Source: Diadema antillarum
Taxonomy: Eukaryota
Length of the DNA: 64,000 bases
NCBI RefSeq assembly: GCF_040938485.1
Contig: NW_027271025.1
Location: 558,001-622,000, forward strand
Direction: 5' to 3'
Positions within the stretch are counted from its first letter, which is position 1; the number at the start of each line of letters is the position of its first letter. The notes under the pieces were generated by a model that saw only the letters and a list, made by a program, of their open reading frames with translations, searched no databases and was not told where the DNA came from. This document shows, one piece after another, positions 55,303 through 64,000 of the stretch. The position numbers and the translations under genes were made by a program.

Positions 55303-55987
55303 CTGTGAAAAAAAAAAAAACGGAAAAAAAAAAACATAGTTACACAGATATGAAATGAAACTGTATGAACAAAAACAAAAACAAAAAAATCTGCTGTGAT
55401 AGTGTCAAGAAGACACCCAGAACCAGAATCAGACAACCAGAATGTTGATGTGTGAAGTGGATTAAGATGTAATCTGCAATATCTTTGTTACGCATAGCAA
55501 TCATCTTGCTGCCCAGACACGACTTTGTCAAGCACAATACAGTATTCAGTTTTGTAATATGAGAGTTGTAATCAGCAGCATCAGTGGAATGGGCTTCATG
55601 AAAACCATACTTATCAGGATTATGCAATTTATTGCATGTGAAAACATTATCAACTCTGTTGTACTCAATTTTTTCAAGTATCTCTGAAAAGTTAGGCAGA
55701 GTAGAAATAGGGCGGTAATTGAATATATTTGAGGCAGCGCTGCACATTGGTACTGGTCCGACGGTCCCTGACCAGTAAAAATCACTGTCAGACCATACAC
55801 TTTTTCAGGAATGGACCGGTAACAAATGGAAAAACTGGGTACCTTCCTACTGGTCCGACAGAAAGGTCAGACAAGTATAAACTACATGTAGAAAAGCACT
55901 CTGAGATCACAGACCTCCACCAAGCACATGCTGAAAATCGTCCGATTTCACAATATACAGTATGTTTCAAAAATTTTACAGATTTTT

Positions 55988-57101
55988 AGGCCCTGTCACA
56001 CTTTCCAGTCAAGCTACACAGGCTTGTTACGTGTGGGGATTTTCCAGCATACCAGACAATTTCTGAGGGCGGACAAGGATTTGGGCGAGTCAGTGTATGT
56101 GTCTTACTTGCTGGACACGTTCTACTTAAGTTCTACTTGCAGGTATACTGTACGAGCTGAAATTTTCGCGTACAGATATTTTCGCGAATTGCTACTTGGA
56201 GGACATTTTCGCGTGTTGTTAATTTCGCGGTTGCGAGGGTCTAACTGAACTTAGTATTCGCGCGTTGTTATTTTCACATGTTGTTATTTTCACGGTCCAA
56301 AGGCGATTCGCGAAAATAAAACCACCGCGAAAATTTCAGCTCGTACAGTACTGTGTGACCTGAGTGCCAGGTGCGTGGGAGCTGACAACTCAGTGAAGGA
56401 ATTCCTCTGAAGGAATGGCAGAAGTCCCACAGAATATCATTATCTTGGCCGCATACAGGGACTGCGAAGTACCTGCGTAGGAGTTGCCTGCCAGGTGCTG
56501 CCGCTAAGGGCCTCCTACTGGCGTTCTGCATGGACCTCTGCGGGCAATCCCCGCGACTCACCCGGAAAAAGTTTTGGTCATGCTTAAAACTTGGCTGTGG
56601 GTAAATCGGACTTGCGTGCGCACCTCCGGGCAACTACACATGAGATACGCGCTAGGTACTGTCAGGTGCGGACCAACTGTGGAGAGCTCCGGGTAGCAAA
56701 CTTGTTTCCCCTCAAGTCAACCCGCAAAACTTCCCCAGACATGGTACAACAAGGCCTTGAGCATGTTCAAAACTTGTTCCAAGTGAGTCATGGGGGTTCG
56801 CTTGCAGAGTTGCATGCAGTAGGAGACCCTTACCGGCAGCACCTCGCAGGCAACTCCAACGCAGGTACTTCGCAGTACCCGTAAGTCGCTCGTAACAGAA
56901 AACAGATCGATTTCAAAGCTCTCATGGAGGTCACATGGAATACACGCAAGTAGAAGGTAAGTAACACATGTCTAGCATGTAAGACACAAGTGCGAAACTC
57001 GCAAACATTCTTGTCCGCCCGCAGAAAATTCTCCTGCTTGCTGGAAAATCCCTACTCGTAACAAGCCCACGTAGCTTGCTCCCAAAGGTGTGACACGGCC
57101 T
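55988..57101. mobile_element. Non-autonomous DNA transposon (MITE) with long internal inverted arms, Harbinger- or Kolobok-like termini
   Basis: Termini aggccctgtcacacttt...aaggtgtgacacggcct. gactgcgaagtacctgcg (56460-56477) is inverted to cgcaggtacttcgcagt (56860-56876). The TSD is ambiguous. Confidence 0.8.
56148..56348. mobile_element. 201-bp TA-flanked MITE nested in the previous element
   Basis: Perfect 25-nt inverted repeat TACTGTACGAGCTGAAATTTTCGCG including the TA on each side. Confidence 0.85.
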
Positions 57102-57122
57102 TTAAGAAGGAACAAGTCTCAC

Positions 57123-57272
57123 CTGCACATTGACAAACACACCATGGTATGTTTCATAGAGAGTTCTGTTTAATTTGGCTTTGAGGGGCACTTCAAAAGG
57201 AATCTCTGTCTTTCCAGCAGGTATCTTTCCGGGCTTTGCTGCATTCAGGGACACACTCAACAGTTGAATTGG
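57123..57272 (-). CDS. VPS26C: VPS26C exon (150 nt): PIQLLSVSLNAAKPGKIPAGKTEIPFEVPLKAKLNRTLYETYHGVFVNVQ
   Basis: KPGK.P.GKTEIPFE.PL......LYETYHGVFVN.Q. Borders are ggcag|...|gtgaga. Confidence 0.95.
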
Positions 57273-57887
57273 CTGCCAGTTGAATTTCCACCAGAAAGAA
57301 AAGATAAATCACATTAGGATTAACAGTGGCAGTAATCCCTTACATTCACACTATCATACTTAAAATCATACTATAGATCCAAATGGTGGTACCATATATG
57401 CCAATATATTTGAAAAGTACTCCACTTGTTCAATAACTCTTTGAAAACATATTTGACATAAGAGACAAGCAGTTTAAGACTAAAATGAAAGTGTACCTGG
57501 ATCACAAAACCAACAAAAGGTCACCAAGCAAAATCTATGGGATAAAGAAAAATGCTGAAAGTGGAAGCTTTTTGCTTTAGAATTATAACTCACTAAATTT
57601 GAGAGACCCTACCCTTATCCAGCAAAATACATGATGGGGAATCTTGCCAGTAAAAATGCAGCTTTAAGCAAATAGGCTTTGAAGGCAAGGGTCCATTCAC
57701 ATGGACCAACTTACCTCTTATTGTATGTGGAACAAATGAGGAATTCTAATGCAATGGCAGCTGCTATCAAGAAATCATCAACAGTGTCTTTCAAACCTGC
57801 AGTCATTAGCAACATTCCATGTCAGTGTAATCATTAAAAGAAAAAGAAATTCAAACTGGTGACTGTTTTCTGTTTGGTTTCTATGTA

Positions 57888-58819
57888 CAGTGCACTCCCA
57901 TTATAACAAATAATAACAATAATAAATAACACTTATACATGTATAGCACTTTATACCGACGTTTCTAAGCTCATTAATATGGGGAAAAAATGAAACCAAA
58001 ATAGAACACTTTATAACAACAATGATTAGGATTGGGTAAATAAAACTTTTCAGCAATGATTTAAACATATCAACATTTCTGCATTTTGGATACAAAGAAG
58101 GAGTTTGATCCAAAGAGATGGAGAAACAACAGAAAAAGCCCTATCACCATAACAGGTACTGGTGCGTGGACCATGGGATAGTTGCAAAGTGGAGGAAAAA
58201 CGGAGAGAATAGGTGGAAGTAAAGGAGTGGAGAGAAATCGGGTCTTTGAGATGAGATGGGGCAAGATTATTACATATCTTACAAACAACGAGAAGGGTTT
58301 TAAAAGTGATACTTTGATGTATGGGGAGCCTGTGGAGGGACTGGAGAACTGGAGTAATGTGATCAGATCTTTTTGTGAGGGTCACAAGCCTAGCAGCTGT
58401 ATTTTGATTTCTTTGTAGTGGTGTGATACTAAAAGCAGGGAGGCCAACACGAAGAGAATTACAGTAATCAAAATGAGAAGATACAAATGCATGAATAAGA
58501 CGTTACAGTGATAGACTGATCCATAACAAACACAGTTATAACAAAATGCTTCTTTTTCATCTTCTTCTTCTTTTATGGTATACATATTTTCAGTCTTTCT
58601 GCTGTGGTGTAAAGCACCTTGTGCATTTAGTCAGAATGGAAAATGGCACTATAGAAATTGTATGTATGTATTATTATTATTACTAGTAATGGTCATTAAA
58701 GCGAAGTAAAAATTCAGGTCAAAAGATTAGCAGCTATATACATATGTCCTGTACTATTCAGCCAAAGAAATAAAGAAAACAGCCAGTTCCGAGGACTTTG
58801 TTATAACGGGAGTGCACTG
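57888..58819. mobile_element. Tc1/pogo-like MITE (CAGTG termini, TA target duplication) containing L2 fragments
   Basis: TA|cagtgcactcccattataac ... gttataacgggagtgcactg|TA. Confidence 0.8.
57905..58400 (-). mobile_element. L2 LINE 3' fragment
   Basis: DHITPVLQSLHRLP...FKTLL...LAPSHL...YGDRAFSVVSPSLW is the typical L2 ORF2 C-terminus, followed by an ATT-rich tail. Confidence 0.8.
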
Positions 58820-58982
58820 TACACTGTTACATGCTTCATGTGAGAAAACTGAGAAAACCAACCTTAGACAATCTGGCCTTCAAACGGTTGCAACGTCTGG
58901 ATTCAATTAGCACAATAAGCACAATTCATACCACAAATAAGGAAACCACTGGCACAAAGGCTACTCCTTCATATTGCTTTAC

Positions 58983-59126
58983 CTTGATTGAGTTGTAAAA
59001 GGCTTCAAAGAGCCCCACGCTCTTGCTGCTGAGCTGAAGGTTGACAGATCCATCAGCAGTGAGTGTGATTCCCTGATGTTGGAACTCAGTTTTGGTCTGA
59101 ATCACAATAACACCTGCGAGAACCTC
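58983..59126 (-). CDS. VPS26C: VPS26C/DSCR3 exon (144 nt): EVLAGVIVIQTKTEFQHQGITLTADGSVNLQLSSKSVGLFEAFYNSIK
   Basis: Clear match to human EVLSGVVVISSKDSVQHQGVSLTMEGTVNLQLSAKSVGVFEAFYNSVK. Borders are tgtag|...|gtaaag, phase 0. Confidence 0.93.
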
Positions 59127-59644
59127 CTACATTGAAAAAAGTTGCACAACAAACTTTGCTAACACTCTTGAAAGTATAATGAGTCACATACAAAAAATAA
59201 TTATTGAAAATAACCACTCTCACATGTAGATAAAAACTCTAGATAAGTTTTTGCAACATACAGTACAAATATGCTATGATCAGTTCTTCAACAGATTGTT
59301 GTCCATTCTGCATAACATAGTTTGATTTAATTGGTGTTACATATTTAGCACTATAACTTGAAAGTTAGGATAATGTGTGCTGTCATTCTCCACACATTAA
59401 AAGCCACTTTCTGTGTAAAGATGGGATCCTATCCATCATCCATCAGTTGCCCAGGCAAATACTGAAAATGTTCACACTTACTACATTTACAGCCAGATCA
59501 ATGGCAACATTATTAAGAAAGTATGACAGATATTCCATTCTCCTTCTGTCCATGCCAGCAGTTCATGGTTTCTCCCAGCAGGAATAATTGGACAAAAATA
59601 TGAGAAAATAGTACACAATGATAGTAATATTACTTGGTCATTTC

Positions 59645-59835
59645 AGGTGTATCAGGGCAATTAACTCCCAAGGAAATTACCACCCCCCCCCCCCCCCCCC
59701 GACTAAATACTAGTTAGTGATAATTTTAGAGTAAAGATTAGGGTTAAGATTAGGTTCAGGATTAGGATTAGGGTTAGGGTCAGGGGAATAATGTGGGGTA
59801 ATTGTCCAGGGGGTAATTGCCCTAGACCTATTTCA
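59645..59835. repeat. Short non-autonomous element with degenerate TTAGGG-like internal repeats
   Basis: gggcaattaactcc..aattaccaccccc at the left and ggggtaattgtcc twice at the right (subterminal inverted motif), with ttagggttaagattaggttcaggattaggattagggttaggg inside. Confidence 0.5.
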
Positions 59836-60178
59836 GGGTACTCCTCATTACTAATTACCCTTGCTATCTACTATACCCATATTGCTGATGCTTGTGACTC
59901 TGGCAACATGATCCCAGATGGTACAGTCTTCATTTTTACCTGATACGTAGCACAATCTGTTTATTCGCGCATCCTCCTGTCTGTACCACCTACCTTTCAT
60001 AAGAAGGGTAGCGAAAAGTAATTACCATCACAAACACATATCTTCCTTTAAAAGTGGCTGGTGATTATGCAATGAGACATAGGTCAATTGTCTTCCTATC
60101 TGCGCGGCAGATCCTGTTTGGCATATGCTTCAAATATGTTTGAGCAGCGGCATCGAACATCTAGCAAAAGTAGATTGA

Positions 60179-61138
60179 AACAAGGAAAAGTAGAAATTAC
60201 GCGGTGCGTAATATATGTCCCCGCCGGAAGTAGCATTTAGTAGCAAAATGTACAATATAGGTAAAAAGATCAAGGTCAAAGGTCAAAGAAGTCAAAGGTC
60301 AAAATTCTATGTAGAAGTTTTGAAGCCCTCACCTAGTGCCATCACATAAAGCAAACGGAATCGAAATCGGGTTAGAAATGGCGAAGGAGTAGGATTTTGT
60401 AGCCAATGTACAATATAGGTCAAAAATCAAGGTCAAAGGTCAAAGAAGTCAAAGGTCAAAATTCTGTGTAGAAGTTTTGAAGCCCTAACCTAGTGCCATC
60501 ACATAAAGCAAACGGAATCGAAATCGGGTTAGAAATGGCGAAGGAGTAGCATTTGGTAGCAAAATGTACAATACAGGTCAAAAATCAAGGTCAGAGGTCA
60601 ATGAAGTCAAAGGTCAAAATTCTGTGTAGAAGTTTTGAAGCCCTCACCTAGTGCCATCATATAAAGCAAACGGAAGCAAAATCGGGTTAGAAATGGCGAA
60701 GGAGTAGCATTTTGAAGCAAAATGTACAATATAGGTCAAAGGTCAAGGTCAAAGGTCACAACTGAAATTCTGTATAGAAGTTTCAAAGCTCCCATGTAGT
60801 GCTATCATATAAAGCAAACAGAATCAAAATCGGGTTAGAAATGGCGAAGGAGTAGCATTTTGAAGCAAAATGTACAATACAGGTCAAAGGTCAAGGTCAA
60901 AGGTCACAACTGAAATTCTGTGTAGAAGTTTTGAAGCTCCCATGTAGTGCTATCATATAAAGCAAACAGAATCGAAATCGGGTTAGAAATGGCGAAGGAG
61001 TAGCATTTTGAACATTTTGATCACACACGGACGCACGGACAGACACACGGACGCACGGACGGACAGACACACGGACACACACACGTACGGAGCCCGTTTC
61101 ATAGTCCCCTGCTCGAACTCGTTCGGCGGGGACAATAA
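60179..61138 (+). mobile_element. Pearl/Tsp/HINE-like (Helentron-associated) non-autonomous element with five internal tandem repeats
   Basis: Starts AACAAG. Subterminal gtccccgccg / cggcggggac inverted repeat. Core units start at 60231, 60390, 60547, 60705, 60853 and 61001. Then an (ACGG/ACAC)n microsatellite, a 3' hairpin and the end ACAATAA. Confidence 0.8.
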
Positions 61139-61379
61139 GATGGTTGTGACTCCTTTCTCTCGAACCTCCTTGGTCTGATCATGTCAGACATATCTACTCC
61201 CATAGCATACAACATGGGTGCTTTACATAAATTACAATATTATCTTCCGATGAAAACTCTTTTTATGTTGTTTAAAGGGACATTCTAGACGATTTTCATA
61301 ATTTCACATGATGTAGTACATAACTCGACAACTCCATGTATAGATTTGTGGAATTTATTGTGGTTCTTGAGAAGAGAAA

Positions 61380-61640
61380 CAATACTTTGAAAAACCTTAT
61401 TAAGCAAATTGTACTGAACAAGGATGATGACTTAGGAGGTTCACATATTTGAGAAATGTAGCAGTGTAATTCCATTACAATACCGCTTGCTTGCGAGTTC
61501 ACCTGTGTATAATCTATGCATGCCTTCTTCTTTTGTTCTGCTTCCTTGAGCCCCAACTCATGCATTCTTATGGTGACTCTGCCATGTCATCATCCTTGTT
61601 CATTGCAATTTGTTCTAAATTTTGAAAATATTCTTATTCT
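61380..61640. repeat. Degenerate fold-back repeat
   Basis: aaattgtactgaacaaggatgatgac (~61405-61430) is inverted to gtcatcatccttgttcattgcaattt (~61586-61611). Outer ends are unclear. Confidence 0.5.
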
Positions 61641-63630
61641 TCATCCCAATTATCGCAAATTCTGAAACTCTGTCCTCAGTATGTCTAATTTATAGATTAT
61701 CAAATGTAAAAATCTGAAAATCATCCGGACTAAAGTCACTCATTTACTCACTGCCTTACTCAATCAGTATCTGCCATGTCTACTGCAATATTGTCTGGGC
61801 AACTTCATACAGTTCCAAAAGAAAGCTATGCATATCTGTGCTGGAACTAATCATAGAGCTAACAAGGACCCAATATTTCAATAACATAAGATTTTGAAAG
61901 TTAACAACAATAATTTCTTACAGACTGTTACCTTCTTGTTTTCCTAAAATTCTCAGTGTGTACTCCCCTCACCACTTTTTTGCACCTGTACACAGGAATA
62001 CATATACAACTGTAGGGTGTCACCACTTTGCCCCCCCATTTTTTACCCAAGAAGTGGCAGTAGGAAAAAAATAAAAGAAAACAGAATAAAACCCTAACCT
62101 TTGAGCCCGGTAATGTGCTGAAGACCATTTTGTTTTTCTTTGTTTGTTTTTTTGTTGTTGTTGTTGTTTGTTTGTTAGTTTGTTTTTTTGCTTGCCAACT
62201 GAAGAAACCCGGAAGTGGAATGAGAAAGTTGAGCTGAAGACCATTTTTTTGTGTTTAATATTTCATTGTCACCTGAAGAAATGCCACTGAAGTGCCACAA
62301 GAAGTTGCGCTGAAGGCCTTTTCAAACTCAATAAACAAACTCACTCTTACCCAACAAGAAACATCTCCAATATTCATCTAATCAGGCGCAGCGATACAGT
62401 GCAATTAACTCGGCAAAAGCATATGAGCTCGAAGCCTCATTTGCATAAAGTAAACAGCTTGTGTACGCAAAACCACTGGGGAAGTTTTGCAGGACAATCA
62501 CAATATCTCACCTCAGAAGCCATCAAATGATTAAATCTATACAGCAAATTGAAGAAGAAAGTATTCTCTAACTCGTAATGTCAGTTATTTGGGGTTTTAT
62601 TGAGGATAAACATGTGAAAATAATGTCAAAACTTAGCTTCAAAAACAGAAAATTTGGTCTCAAAACAAGTGTTATTTTCTCACGTTTTCCTTCATTGCAC
62701 AAAAATGAAACTTCAGTATATGACTTATGGTAGTATATCCATACCGAGTTCCAAATATCTTTTTCTGTATCATTTGGCGCACGGTTATGTCTGGAAAAAA
62801 TTGAGATCACTGTCACTTGTGATCCACGTAAAATCCATAGCGTAAGCAGTACGCAGTCCAATGTATCGGTTTGTGTGCCGCATGAAACAGTTGCAGCACA
62901 TTGCAAGGTTCCTCTCTTGCCCACTCACCACCCTGTGGACTGAAAACCGAACCCTGTCGCATTGCGCCAAACCGGACACCGATGATTGGCTAAGCGTGCA
63001 CTGACCAGTAGAGAACACATGCGCAGGAGGATGATCTAGTTGTGCATGTCCAGTATTTTCTCTTAAATTCGGTTGTCTTTTTGCTCTTATTTTCACCTAA
63101 CTACTAACTGCACAAACACAAAACTTCGCAGGTATGGGTCTGGTGTATACAGACTAGTAATATGTTAATTCACTGCATATTCATGCAGGCGCAGACTTAT
63201 GTCTGGAAAAAATTGTAACCCTTTCCCACGGTCGACTCAAACAGAAAAATACACATATCTTGAAAGATACATCAGCATTTTCGCCCAAAAATCATATGAA
63301 GGATGATATATCCATATTAGATATTTGTGTGAAGTTTCAAAGGATTTGGGGGTAAAATAAGGGTGATACGAGGAGGTGAACTTTCGAGATTTTTTTTCCT
63401 TCCCTCCACACAGTGCTTTGATGACCGTTAAGAATTCAAAAGCTTTGGCCTCTTATCACTTATCAGTGAGTTAATTGCACCGTATCGCTGGGCCTGTAAT
63501 AAATCTCAGAACTTTTTAAGCTAAAAATCACTTCAACACACAGGTCCAGACGTATGGAATTCTTTACCATCTCAGTTTTGACACAATTCATTAAATTGGT
63601 TAAACATATAATGCTTGTTGCCAAATATTA

Positions 63631-63705
63631 GAGCCCATTTACAGTGAGTGAAAAGGCCGGGTTCAGCCGCGGCCGAGCTCGGCCTTCATTTCACTGTAAA
63701 CGGGC
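63631..63705. mobile_element. Short relic of the 41.3-kb MITE family
   Basis: gcccatttacagtga...gccgcggccgag...tcactgtaaacgggc. Confidence 0.5.
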
Positions 63706-64000
63706 AAAAATGCGGAGGTCTCGGGTTCAAATCCCGATGGAATCCCATTTTCTTTGCTCAATTTTCCACTAATAAATAAATTCCTTTCTGGTCAGTTTTT
63801 GCTTGCGTTTGTTACATACTCAAAAGCTGCATCACTTCGGTGATCCCTCGCATTTATCCCCAAGTTGAATTATCTTTCGGTTTTATGCCAGGTTCAAGTG
63901 CGTATACGTATGTGTCACACACAAAAACACTGTTATAGCTTCTGACCATTCGAGCATTGAGAATTTAGGGTTTCTGGGACGAACACTGAACTAGGGCTTT

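Noticed and set aside
59735-59785. Telomeric or interstitial telomeric repeat
   Set aside because: Only two or three exact TTAGGG units, embedded in a short element with subterminal inverted motifs.
60231-61010. CRISPR-like array
   Set aside because: Whole units repeat with no unique spacers, and the context is eukaryotic.
62095-62250. ATG GTC TTC AGC... (MVFSTLPGSK|gttagg) as VPS26C exon 1
   Set aside because: No similarity to the conserved VPS26C N-terminus, and splicing to the nearest candidate exon gives a stop.
63715-63745. tRNA gene (GGTTCAAATCC B box)
   Set aside because: No A box or cloverleaf; at most a SINE head fragment.
34302-64000. Minus-strand bias of TE relics suggesting a flamenco-like uni-strand piRNA cluster
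   Set aside because: Counting independent oriented insertions gives roughly 8 minus versus 3-4 plus, which is not convincing. Small-RNA data would be needed.

Overview
Eukaryotic, repeat-dense genomic DNA, probably from a marine invertebrate; the taxon is inferred from the repeat types and is not proven. (1) 1-34301 is a head-to-tail array of one Ty3/Gypsy LTR retrotransposon on the minus strand. It has four ~3.09-kb LTRs alternating with 6303-bp internal regions, three complete and one cut by the window edge, so neighbouring units share an LTR. The element has a PNMA-like Gag, a -1 frameshift signal with a predicted pseudoknot, PR-RT-RH-IN, a tRNA-Pro PBS and a PPT. All complete units carry the same amber codon in integrase and a +1-frame tail ORF containing a PAM2 (PABP-binding) motif. 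One unit has an additional private nonsense codon. The array sits inside a MITE. (2) 34.3-52 kb is a TE graveyard: two CR1/L2-group LINEs (one nearly intact, one with an odd hydrophobic upstream ORF), a pair of Penelope-type minimal hammerhead ribozymes 314 nt apart, a Harbinger transposase relic, two interleaved palindromic MITEs, and SINE/LINE tails. (3) 53-59 kb holds minus-strand exons of VPS26C/DSCR3. Homology stops abruptly 11 codons into the last visible exon, and neither the first coding exon nor the downstream exons could be found. (4) The introns and the right end contain several MITEs and a pearl/HINE-like element with ~150-bp internal tandem repeats. All copy comparisons were made by eye plus the ORF track, so variant counts are minimums.
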